A stretch of DNA of 64,000 bases. Source: Candidatus Methanomethylicia archaeon (GTDB lineage: Archaea; Thermoproteota; Methanomethylicia; Nezhaarchaeales; B40-G2). The DNA is taken from positions 1 through 64,000 of the forward strand of contig JAPDJI010000009.1 of assembly GCA_029259155.1 (NCBI GenBank), given 5' to 3'. Position numbers and translations under genes: made by a program. Positions 1-8,831 of the stretch are shown one piece after another. Every line of letters begins with the position of its first letter. The first letter of the stretch is position 1. The notes beneath the pieces are model-generated. The model was not told where the DNA came from and made no database searches. It saw nothing but the letters and a program-made list of their open reading frames with translations.

Positions 1-745
1 GTGCTATCCCTTCTCTATCAAACTCCTCCTTAATCCTTTTCCTAAGCTCTGAAGACACGTATAAGCTTCTCTTCGGATTAGTTATGTACACCGCCAGCTG
101 GACTTCGCTGTAGTCGCTCCTAATGTCATTAATTAGGACTTCAGGCTCAGGAGGCATGGTAAGCTCCTTGAAGCCTTTAGCGGCCTTTAACATGAGCTGC
201 TCCACTTTGCTTAAATTTTCAGTAGCTCTTACTTTGACCGGCACAACTATGCGAGTTAGGGAAGGAGCCTGTCTATTCAGTACAGCTTTCTTGAGGAACT
301 CGATGTTGGGTACGTAGAGCACACCTCTATCGCTCACAACTTGAGTATAGAGGGTCCCTATGTCCCTCACGGTCCCTGCAGTCTCCCCCAACATTATGGT
401 ATCCCCTCTCCTGAAAGGTTTGTGAATGTGGAGAGCATAGCCCGCTATGGTGTTAGCTACGACATCCTTAGACCCTAAGACTATGCTTAGTATGGCTAAT
501 CCAACTAGGATGTAAAGGAACTCTACCGTGACACCTATCTGAGAGAGGGACACGATCGCCGCGATGACTAGGGCTAAGATAAGTACTAGTGTCTTCCAGA
601 AGGAAGCCGTAGCTGTGCTAACGCCTGCTTTTCGAGCTAGGCTATTGATGATAGGGTCTATGAAGACCTTTACCACCAAATAGGCGACTACGATGGGGAG
701 AAGCGCCCAGGCGATCGATATTAGGGTTCCTAGGTATTCGTTAAT
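1..745 (-). CDS. mscS: Small-conductance mechanosensitive channel (MscS family), 3' end runs off the window
   Basis: Not in the ORF track; hand-translated: three hydrophobic segments, then KDVVANTIAGYALHIHKPFRRGDTIMLGETAGTVRDIGTLYTQV...LYVPN...ELRKRIKEEFDREGI. Start uncertain (ATT at 745, or frameshift after an ATG). Confidence 0.88.
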   Translation of the reverse strand, partial: MNEYLGTLISIAWALLPIVVAYLVVKVFIDPIINSLARKAGVSTATASFWKTLVLILALVIAAIVSLSQIGVTVEFLYILVGLAILSIVLGSKDVVANTIAGYALHIHKPFRRGDTIMLGETAGTVRDIGTLYTQVVSDRGVLYVPNIEFLKKAVLNRQAPSLTRIVVPVKVRATENLSKVEQLMLKAAKGFKELTMPPEPEVLINDIRSDYSEVQLAVYITNPKRSLYVSSELRKRIKEEFDREGIA

Positions 746-762
746 GGAGCATCACCAGCCCC

Positions 763-1431
763 CTAGCCGGTAAAGAGCTTCTTGACTTCCTCTACATCCT
801 CCTCCTTCGCGAGCAAGATGACCTTTTGCCCCTCTTTAAGCTCCTCGTCCTCATCGGGCTTAAATATCTTATCTCCCTCGCTCACGGCCAGTATCATGCA
901 TGTGGGAGGTTTAGGCACATCCTTAATGGCTCTTCCGACAACCGATGAGGTTGGTGAGACTGCTATTTCAAGTAACTTAAACCCACCTTCAGAGATTAGC
1001 AGCTCTGTTAAACCGTAACTCCCACTCACGATGGAGCTAAGCATCCTTGCGGTAACTAGTTCTGGACAGATGGCCTTCTCTATTCCCAGCTCTTCGACCA
1101 CCTCTATCAGCTTAGGGTCTCCGACCCTCGCTATTGTCCTGGTGGAACCCAATTGGCGAGCTATTAGGCAGCTGAGCACATTTACTTCATCCCTATCTGT
1201 GACTGCCACGAATATGTCTGCCTTATCCACCTCGGCGTCCTTCAGCGTGTCTATCTTCGTGGCGTCTCCTTTGATGATCAATGCATCTACCTCAGCGGAA
1301 AGCTTTGAACAACGTTCCTCGTCGTAGTCGATGACTATTACTTCGTTCCCTCTCTCCACCAACATCTTAGCCAAGTTGTTACCCATCTTTCCAGCGCCTA
1401 CTATCACAATCCTCAATTTGACAGTCCCCAC
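763..1431 (-). CDS. trkA: Trk potassium uptake NAD-binding subunit
   Basis: IVIVGAGKMG Rossmann motif, GDAT...DAEVDKADIFVAVTDRDEVN, TrkA-C domain; divergent from trkH. Confidence 0.95.
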   Translation of the reverse strand: MGTVKLRIVIVGAGKMGNNLAKMLVERGNEVIVIDYDEERCSKLSAEVDALIIKGDATKIDTLKDAEVDKADIFVAVTDRDEVNVLSCLIARQLGSTRTIARVGDPKLIEVVEELGIEKAICPELVTARMLSSIVSGSYGLTELLISEGGFKLLEIAVSPTSSVVGRAIKDVPKPPTCMILAVSEGDKIFKPDEDEELKEGQKVILLAKEEDVEEVKKLFTG

Positions 1432-1527
1432 ATGTAGAGAAGCAACGTATCAAGGTCTACCTCACACCCTTAAAAGGTTTAACGAAAAATTCTTAAACGC
1501 GTTTGCTAAGCGAGGCTCCCTTAACCG

Positions 1528-2949
1528 GTGCCCGTCTTGCGCGTCTTAATGACACTGCTATTACGAATCGTAGCAGCTGTAGGGTTTACGCTTATTGTTC
1601 CAGCTTTGGTTGCTTTAGGTTACGGAGAATGGTCGATGATGGGTATCTTCCTCTCCGTGGCGGCTCTCTCCATGGCAGTGTCTCTTCCCGGCTTTAGGTT
1701 TCCTATGCCAAGCGAAGTGAAGCTCCCTCAAGCTATGGCGGTGTCTTCTCTTGGCTGGCTCTTAGCCGCGCTTATAGGCTCTGCCCCCTACGTGTTGTCA
1801 GGCTACATGTCCCCTCTAGATGCGTACTTCGAATCCATGGCAGGCTTCACGACGACAGGTATGACGCTGCTAGCGGGGCTTGAATCGTTACCTAGAAGCT
1901 TACTCTTTTGGAGGGCTTTTACCCAATGGCTTGGAGGGGTAGGGATAGTTCTATTCCTCCTTCTCTTGGTAGCTCCTGGAGGAATAGGGGTCTGGAGGCT
2001 TTACTTAGCTGAAGCTAGAGAGGAAAGGTTAACGGTGAGGGCATGGGACACCGTTAAGAACATCTGGTTGATATACGTAGGTTACACGGTGGCTTGCACG
2101 GTTTTACTGGTTGCTGCTGGGATGGATGCTTACGAGGCCGTCTGCCACTCCTTCACCGTCATCTCTACAGGAGGCTTCTCTACGAGAACTGCTAGTATAC
2201 AGGCTTTTGCAAACCCAGTTATTGAAGCGGTGCTCACCTTATTTATGGTCATAGGGGGCACGAACTTTCTCGTCCACAACCTCCTCCTGAGAAGGGAGTT
2301 TAGGAAAGCCATCTCCAACACTGAGTTCAGAGCCATGCTTTTTATCTTAGCTTCCTCAAGCTTACTGATAGCCTTGGATCTTTATGTTCACGGCCTAGAC
2401 CCCACCTCGTCACTGAGGCTAGCTGCCTTTCAAGCCTCCTCAATAATGACTACTACGGGCTACACTACTACCGACGTCAACTTGCTTCCTTACCTATCAA
2501 AGTCAGTTCTACTCGTGCTCATGGCGATTGGTGGGAGCTTATGCTCCACGGCAGGAGCAGTGAAGGTAGCAAGGATAGTGGTGCTCGCAAAAATTGCCTA
2601 TAGAGAGGTTTTAAGAGCAGTGCTACCTCCTTCAGCTATTAAGCCGATAAAGGTAGGAGGTAGAGTTCTAGAGCTTAACGACGCATTGAGAGTGGCAGGC
2701 TTTTTCTTCGCCTACATGTTATTAGTCGCGATAGCTACCTTTATCGTGGCGGCTGATGGACACAGCTTAACGGCTGCTTTATCAGCAGCTTTATCTGCTC
2801 AGGGGAACGTTGGCCCAGCTTACATCTCTCTATTTTCGCTCGGCCCAGCCGCTAAGGCTACCTTGATAGTTTGCATGTGGGCAGGTAGACTTGAACTTAT
2901 GCCAGTCCTAACATTATTAACGCTTAAGATGTGGAGGGAAATTACTTAG
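1528..2949 (+). CDS. trkH: Trk potassium uptake membrane subunit
   Basis: Pore loops FESMAGFTTTG, STGGFS, TTTGY, GNVGP; QWLGGVG; C-terminal GRLE. Confidence 0.95.
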   Translation: MPVLRVLMTLLLRIVAAVGFTLIVPALVALGYGEWSMMGIFLSVAALSMAVSLPGFRFPMPSEVKLPQAMAVSSLGWLLAALIGSAPYVLSGYMSPLDAYFESMAGFTTTGMTLLAGLESLPRSLLFWRAFTQWLGGVGIVLFLLLLVAPGGIGVWRLYLAEAREERLTVRAWDTVKNIWLIYVGYTVACTVLLVAAGMDAYEAVCHSFTVISTGGFSTRTASIQAFANPVIEAVLTLFMVIGGTNFLVHNLLLRREFRKAISNTEFRAMLFILASSSLLIALDLYVHGLDPTSSLRLAAFQASSIMTTTGYTTTDVNLLPYLSKSVLLVLMAIGGSLCSTAGAVKVARIVVLAKIAYREVLRAVLPPSAIKPIKVGGRVLELNDALRVAGFFFAYMLLVAIATFIVAADGHSLTAALSAALSAQGNVGPAYISLFSLGPAAKATLIVCMWAGRLELMPVLTLLTLKMWREIT

Positions 2950-2970
2950 CCAGCTCTATGTCTATTCGTA

Positions 2971-3537
2971 ATGACTAGGAGGGGGTTATGCTTGCTTAGA
3001 CCCTTCAACGGTAAGCGTCCTGTTATACATCCTGAAGCCTACGTAGATCCTGAAGCCGTAGTGATAGGTGATGTAGAGGTAGGGGAAGGTTCAAGCATTT
3101 GGCCCTGCGTAGTGATACGAGGTGATCTAAGTAAGGTGGTTATAGGCCGCTTTACGGCCGTAGAGGACGGTGTGCTAATACATGGTGGAGGCGATCCTGC
3201 ACAAGAACCCATAAAACCAATACCTGTCATTATAGGAGACCACTGCACCATTGGTCACGGAGCTATATTACATAGCTGTAAACTTGAGAGCTTCGTACTA
3301 GTTGGAATGAACGCCGTCGTACATACCGAGTCAGTTATCGGTGAGGGCTCCATAGTCGCCATGGGCTCAGTAGTTACAAAAGGTTCAAGGATCCCTCCTA
3401 GAACTCTAGTAGCAGGAAACCCTGCTAAGCCAGTGAAGCAGCTTGGAGAAGAGGTTTATGAAAACCAGCGTAGAAGGACGTTGTTTTACAAGAGGTTGGC
3501 GGACCTACACAGGGAAGCTTTGAAGGTGATTGATTGA
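2971..3537 (+). CDS. Gamma carbonic anhydrase family (CaiE/PaaY-like) hexapeptide-repeat protein
   Basis: VIGDVEVGEGSSIWPCVVIRGD, IGHGAILH, GNPAK; real start probably the TTG at ~2992 after GGAGGGGG. Confidence 0.9.
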   Translation: MTRRGLCLLRPFNGKRPVIHPEAYVDPEAVVIGDVEVGEGSSIWPCVVIRGDLSKVVIGRFTAVEDGVLIHGGGDPAQEPIKPIPVIIGDHCTIGHGAILHSCKLESFVLVGMNAVVHTESVIGEGSIVAMGSVVTKGSRIPPRTLVAGNPAKPVKQLGEEVYENQRRRTLFYKRLADLHREALKVID

Positions 3538-4403
3538 AGCGGTTAAAGGCCTACGTTAACCTGGTTAAACCTAGAATTCTCCTAGCAGTATTAGGCCTCT
3601 TCATCACTTCTACGCTCGCTTCAGCTGCACCGGCTAGGCTCTGGATCGTAGCTGAAACTAGGTATCATATGGGTGTCATGGCAGCTCTCTGCCTCGTCGC
3701 TGGTTCTAATGCTCTTAACAACTACCTGGACCGTGACCTTGACTCCCGCATGGGTAGGACAGGGCGTCGAGCACTACCTTTAGGGCTCATCGGCAGCAAG
3801 GAGGCTTTGACTTTTAGCATTCTTCTCTTAGCTCTTTCCTTAACCCTCTTAGTTTTCGCGGCGGGAGACGTGGTTTGGCTTGCAGCGCTCGCCCTACTAA
3901 GTTATATAGTGTTATACACCGCCTTGTTTAAACGTAAAACAAGGTTTAATGTCGTTGTGGCCACTCCAGCTGTAGCTGCCCCTGTAATGGCTGGATGGCT
4001 TGTAGGACATGGAAGCCTCGATCCTGTAGGCCTCGTCTTCTCAGCCATCGCCATTACATGGGGGCTAGTCCACTTTTGGTCCTTAACTATCATCTTCAGA
4101 GAGGATTACAGGAGGGCTGGGGTACCCACGCTCCCCGGGAGTTTGGGTGTAAGGACTGCCTCAATGGTGGTGGCCTCACTGTCATCATTCATGGCTGCTC
4201 TAAGTTTTCTTCCAGCATGGCTTGAAGGATGGGGTTTGACGTACCTTGCCGGAGCTACGATCCTCAACGCCGCGCTTTTAATTCTCTCAGCCCACCTCTT
4301 ACGTCGCCCCACGGCGGGACGTAGGGCTTGGAGGTTGTATAAGTTCTCCTCACCTTACATCTTGTTGCTGTTGTTGCTAGTCTTCCTTGAAAAGATCGTA
4401 TAG
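3534..4403 (+). CDS. cyoE: Protoheme IX farnesyltransferase (heme o synthase, UbiA family)
   Basis: LVKPRI, NNYLDRDLDSRMGRTGRRALPLG, YTALFKRKT, HFWSL, EDYRRAGVPTLP. Confidence 0.9.
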   Translation: MKRLKAYVNLVKPRILLAVLGLFITSTLASAAPARLWIVAETRYHMGVMAALCLVAGSNALNNYLDRDLDSRMGRTGRRALPLGLIGSKEALTFSILLLALSLTLLVFAAGDVVWLAALALLSYIVLYTALFKRKTRFNVVVATPAVAAPVMAGWLVGHGSLDPVGLVFSAIAITWGLVHFWSLTIIFREDYRRAGVPTLPGSLGVRTASMVVASLSSFMAALSFLPAWLEGWGLTYLAGATILNAALLILSAHLLRRPTAGRRAWRLYKFSSPYILLLLLLVFLEKIV

Positions 4404-4695
4404 AACCTTGCATACAATTGAGCCTGTTGAGGGAGATGTGCTTTAGGCCCGGTCTGCCGCGAGTCTAAAAGACTAGCCTATAAGGCATACTAAAACTACC
4501 CTGACGTGTAGCGTCAAACTCAAGGGGATGGATAAACATGTCAACAAGCTTCTCTGAGCCCGGCTGCGCGGCTTCAACCGTGCTGATGTCCTCTACCTGT
4601 TAGCCAACTATAGGTCGACGCAGCAAGCCATGTAGTTGCTTCCTGAGCGTTAGTCTTAAATACACATTATGGACTATGAGCTACGGGGTTGAATC

Positions 4696-5691
4696 ATGGA
4701 AGAGAAGGTTCCTTATGGCTACAGCGTAGAGGATATGGCACGTATAGCAAGGATGGAGTTTAAGGAGATCATATATGACAAGAAGTGGTATGACCACACA
4801 GCTCTAATCATGATAAACAGGCCCCACCGCCTCAATGCCTACACCGTGAACACGCTGCGTGAGCTCTGCAGGGCTATGGAGGACGCCATGTGGGACGACG
4901 ATGTACAGGTCATCGTTATAACGGGAGCTGGTGACAAAGGGTTCTGCACTGGCGGCGACGTCATTGAGTACGCGGAGGTCTATACCAGGAAGCCAAGCGA
5001 CTTCTATAAGTGGTTCGACCCGTACTTCAGGTTCTTCGATTTAATAAGGAAGTGCGGGAAGCCTGTGATAGCGAGGCTTAACGGAGTCGTGGCTGGAGGA
5101 GGCAACGAGATCCACTTGGCGTGCGACCTCTCCGTAGCCGCGGAGCATGCGAGGTTCATCCAGCCTGGTCCTAGGGTGGGGATGACCTCGATAGGCGGCT
5201 CCACTCAGTGGCTACCGATAACCGTCGGGATTAGGAGGGCTGCGTGGATGTGCTTCATAAGCGACTTCATCGACGCCAAGACTGCTCTAGAATGGGGTCT
5301 GGTCAATCAAGTAGTTCCATACGATCAGCTCGACGACGCTGTTAAAAAGGTATGTAGAACCCTTCTGAGCTTATCGCCGTCAAGCTTGAGGAATGCCAAG
5401 ATACACCTCAACCTCTGGAAGGAGTGGATCTGGGCCATAACCACGGAGCACTGCCGTGAATGGTTCTCTGCTCACGCAGGCTCAGTAGAGCCAGCTGTGG
5501 GCATGTGGCACTACTTTAAGGAGAAGAGAGGGCCAGATTACCTGGATGTGGGAGTAAGGAAGTTCATAGCGGAGAAGGGAGATACTCACATACCCTACGG
5601 CCCGTTGATGAAGACCTGTCCTAAGTGCGGAGCGAAGTACATGCCTGAGCGCTTCAAGTACTGCGGCATGTGCGGAGCTCCTCTAGAGTAA
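4696..5691 (+). CDS. Crotonase-family ring-cleaving acyl-CoA hydrolase (Oah/BamA-like; BadI/MenB branch) with C-terminal zinc ribbon
   Basis: GAGDKGFCTGGDVIEYAEVYTRKP, GGGNEIHLACD, FIQPGPRVG...GGSTQWL; C-terminal CPKC-x11-CGMC. Confidence 0.75.
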   Translation: MEEKVPYGYSVEDMARIARMEFKEIIYDKKWYDHTALIMINRPHRLNAYTVNTLRELCRAMEDAMWDDDVQVIVITGAGDKGFCTGGDVIEYAEVYTRKPSDFYKWFDPYFRFFDLIRKCGKPVIARLNGVVAGGGNEIHLACDLSVAAEHARFIQPGPRVGMTSIGGSTQWLPITVGIRRAAWMCFISDFIDAKTALEWGLVNQVVPYDQLDDAVKKVCRTLLSLSPSSLRNAKIHLNLWKEWIWAITTEHCREWFSAHAGSVEPAVGMWHYFKEKRGPDYLDVGVRKFIAEKGDTHIPYGPLMKTCPKCGAKYMPERFKYCGMCGAPLE

Positions 5692-5858
5692 CATTATGAA
5701 TTTTTGGTGCTAACGCCCCGCCCCGTTTTTTTGTGGTTGACCGCTCTGTTTTATCTATTAGTACTTTACAAAACCCGTGGACCGCTACAGACCTCCTCAA
5801 CGTAGAGAGGCGAAAGCTAGAACTAACCCCTATCTTTGAGGGGTTATGGGGTTGAGCT

Positions 5859-7025
5859 TTGGAGAGAAAGGTAGCAGTGGTCGGTGTAGGACAAAGCGCT
5901 TTCTCAAGAAGATGCGGCATTTCCATCAGGGAGCTCTGCTTCGAAGCCTTTAAAGAAGCTATGGATGGACTAAACCTCTCTCCTAAGGAGATAGATGCAT
6001 CTATCGTCTGCTCTGCCCCAGAATACGACAAGCAACGTACACCTTCAGGGCTGATAGCTGAATACCTAGGCCTAACACCTAAGCCAACCTTCCTCGTCGA
6101 GACTATCTGCGCCTCCAGCACGACAGGTGTGGGCGTAGCCTTCAGCTTCATAAAGGCAGGGATAAAGGACGTCGTGGCTGTGATAGGCTTCCAGAAGATG
6201 TCTGAGCTGACCTCCGCTGAGGCTCAAGAGCGTATGGGTAGAGGCGGAGACATCATGTGGGAGTCTCCCTTCGGGATCATGATGCCAGCCCAGTACGCCA
6301 TGTATGCTAGAGCTCACATGAAGCAGTATGGCACCACGGAGGAGCAGTTAGCTAAGGTAAGGGAGAAGAACAGTAAGTACGGTGCTTTAAACCCTAAGGC
6401 GGTGTTCAGGAAGGAAGTAACCGTGGAGGATGTGTTGAAGTCTAGGGTTATCGCTAGCCCGCTTAAGCTGCTCGACTGCTGCGCTAATGCTGATGGTGCC
6501 TCCTGCATCATATTAGCTAGCGAGGAGAAGGCTAAGAAGATCACTGATACTCCGGTCTGGCTAGTGGGGTGGGGTTCAGCTTCAGACACCATGACCTTAG
6601 CCAATAGGACATTATTAACTGGCCTCACCTGCGCTATCGAGGCGGCTAAAGATGCTTATAAAATGGCTGGCATGGAACCTAAGGACATTGACGTCGCTGA
6701 GATCCACGACTGCTTCACCATAGCTGAGATAATGGGCTATGAGAACCTAGGTTTCTGTAAGCCGGGCGAAGGGGGCAAGTTGATAGAGGAGGGGCAGACC
6801 TACGTTGGAGGTAAGATTCCAGTGAACGCGGATGGAGGTCTTCTCTCAAAGGGCCATCCCATAGGGGCTACGGGAGGCTCTCAGGTTAGAACCATCGTCC
6901 ACCAGCTTAGAGGAGAGGCGCACAAGATACATCCTAGTATTCAGGTTCAAGGCGCTGAGACTGGCCTGGTGCACAATGTCGGAGGAGTAGGTCTCTACGC
7001 CAACGTCCTCATCTTCAGGAGGTGA
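5859..7025 (+). CDS. SCP2/archaeal-type thiolase (acetyl-CoA acyltransferase)
   Basis: VETICASS catalytic Cys, AEIHDCFT, GGLLSKGHPIGATG, HNVGG. Confidence 0.93.
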   Translation: MERKVAVVGVGQSAFSRRCGISIRELCFEAFKEAMDGLNLSPKEIDASIVCSAPEYDKQRTPSGLIAEYLGLTPKPTFLVETICASSTTGVGVAFSFIKAGIKDVVAVIGFQKMSELTSAEAQERMGRGGDIMWESPFGIMMPAQYAMYARAHMKQYGTTEEQLAKVREKNSKYGALNPKAVFRKEVTVEDVLKSRVIASPLKLLDCCANADGASCIILASEEKAKKITDTPVWLVGWGSASDTMTLANRTLLTGLTCAIEAAKDAYKMAGMEPKDIDVAEIHDCFTIAEIMGYENLGFCKPGEGGKLIEEGQTYVGGKIPVNADGGLLSKGHPIGATGGSQVRTIVHQLRGEAHKIHPSIQVQGAETGLVHNVGGVGLYANVLIFRR

Positions 7026-7450
7026 GGGAGTTGCCCAAAGGAATGGAAAGGTTTGGGAAGGTAACCTATACGAGCGAGGCTAAAGTCTCCGACTTTGTCA
7101 AATACCTAGAGGAAGGTAAGGTAATGGCTACTCGCTGCAAGAAATGCGGCCGCCTATACTTTCCTCCAAGAGCAGACTGTCCTGAATGTTTCTCTGAGGA
7201 GTATGAGTGGGTTCCGTTGAGCGGGAAGTGTAAGTTGATAACGTATACAGTAGCGCATTTCGCCCCGACAGGCTTTGAGTCCGATGTGCCCTACGTGCTG
7301 GCCGTAGCTGAGTGCGAGGATGGTGTTAAGGTCTTTACGAGGGTTAGCAAGGACATCAGCGTCGATGAGCTTAAGCTTGGCATGGAGCTTAAGCTAGCGC
7401 CCATAAAGGTAAACGAAGATAAATATAGCTTCGAGCTGCAAAAACCATAA
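7022..7450 (+). CDS. DUF35 zinc-ribbon/OB-fold thiolase partner protein
   Basis: CKKCGRLYFPPRADCPEC followed by an OB fold; overlaps the thiolase stop. Confidence 0.93.
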   Translation: MRELPKGMERFGKVTYTSEAKVSDFVKYLEEGKVMATRCKKCGRLYFPPRADCPECFSEEYEWVPLSGKCKLITYTVAHFAPTGFESDVPYVLAVAECEDGVKVFTRVSKDISVDELKLGMELKLAPIKVNEDKYSFELQKP

Positions 7451-7480
7451 CCTTTTTTATAGTTTAATTAGTACTTTTAA
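7451..7480 (+). terminator. Archaeal oligo-T terminator candidate after thiolase/DUF35
   Basis: CCTTTTTTAT directly after the TAA, followed by an AT-rich tract. Confidence 0.45.
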
Positions 7481-7605
7481 CCTAACAAGAAGATCCTGGT
7501 ATTGAGGCTTTAAATACTAATAAGGAAGAAGTTGCTCGGTCAAAGTGGAAATGTCATGCAGGAAACCTACGCCTCTTTTTATCATAAACTTAAGCTTATA
7601 CTTAG

Positions 7606-8721
7606 GTGGCCGGGAAAATGTTGGACTTAAGCTCGATGTATGCGAAGGCTTTAGAAGTCATCAAGAAGTGTTGCCACAGAGATGGTTTCTTTGCAAGTAC
7701 TGACAGCTACCGTGGGCAGCTTTGGCTGAGAGATCTATACTACAGCGTCCCTGGACTGTTAAGATTGGGCTATAAACGTACCGTGATCAGGCAGTATGTT
7801 CTCACCATGGAGAACGTGAAAGACGACGGGGAAGTACCCGATTTCATCTTTGCATATAGCCTTTTGAAGCATCTTAAGGTGAATCTTAAAACGCTTCATG
7901 GGAGGTTTCTTGATTTCCCGTATAGGCCATGGGTATGCGATACCCCTCTCCTTTTCATAATAGGTCTGAAGAACTTTATTGGTGAAGCGTCTTCTAGACC
8001 CTTAAGGGAGAAAATAGGTCTAGTTAGACGCTACATAGAAACCAAGAGAGATAGCTATACTGGATTGATAGTAGGTGCTGATTACCGGGATAGCCTTCTC
8101 TTCAATAGCTACCTGCTCTCCAACCAAGCCGACCTATACATGGCCTTAAAGTTATTAGGAGAGGGGAAAGAGGCGGAACGAGTGAAAGAATCTATAGAGG
8201 AAGTTTACTGGCACGAGAAGTTAGGGCATTATAGGGATACTTCGAATGGGGAAAGGTTTGATACTTTAGCCCACGTCAAGTTAATCAAGTACGGCTTAAT
8301 AGACGGTAAAAGAACGGAGCTTATAGTGGAGAAATTCAATAAAGTTTCCACAAGGTATGGCTTCGTGAACGTGTATCCACCGTACACTAGAAAGGAGCTT
8401 GAAGCCGATTGGAGGGAATGTGGGAGGCGGTATGATATAGGATTCGTGACGAGAAGTCTCTTTTCCTACGGTGTTAGAAGAAACATGAGAGGAGACTATC
8501 AAAACGGGACCATCTGGCCCTTCGTGCATAACATGGCAGTCGAGGTGCTATTAGACCTAGGCTATGAGAAGGAGGCGATGGAGCATTTCAAGAAGATTAA
8601 GGGCTTCTATGAGTACTATGACCCTGTGACGGGGAGAGGGATGGGGAGTGGTGGACAGTTATGGAGCGCTGCCACCTGGATCCATTTATACGAAAGATTC
8701 ATGGAGGAAGGTTTCCTATAG
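7606..8721 (+). CDS. Six-hairpin glycoside hydrolase (amylo-alpha-1,6-glucosidase/GH63/GH100-like)
   Basis: QLWLRD, DYQNGTIWPF, FYEYYDPVTGRGMG..QLWSAA. Confidence 0.75.
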   Translation: MAGKMLDLSSMYAKALEVIKKCCHRDGFFASTDSYRGQLWLRDLYYSVPGLLRLGYKRTVIRQYVLTMENVKDDGEVPDFIFAYSLLKHLKVNLKTLHGRFLDFPYRPWVCDTPLLFIIGLKNFIGEASSRPLREKIGLVRRYIETKRDSYTGLIVGADYRDSLLFNSYLLSNQADLYMALKLLGEGKEAERVKESIEEVYWHEKLGHYRDTSNGERFDTLAHVKLIKYGLIDGKRTELIVEKFNKVSTRYGFVNVYPPYTRKELEADWRECGRRYDIGFVTRSLFSYGVRRNMRGDYQNGTIWPFVHNMAVEVLLDLGYEKEAMEHFKKIKGFYEYYDPVTGRGMGSGGQLWSAATWIHLYERFMEEGFL

Positions 8722-8831
8722 AAGCCTTATCGGCGACCTTGCTCATCTTTGAGAACGTTTTTATAACGATGTTTCTCTAAGGCCGTTAGGTGAAGTTATA
8801 AAAATAATCAAAAACGAAAGGCTGTTTATCC

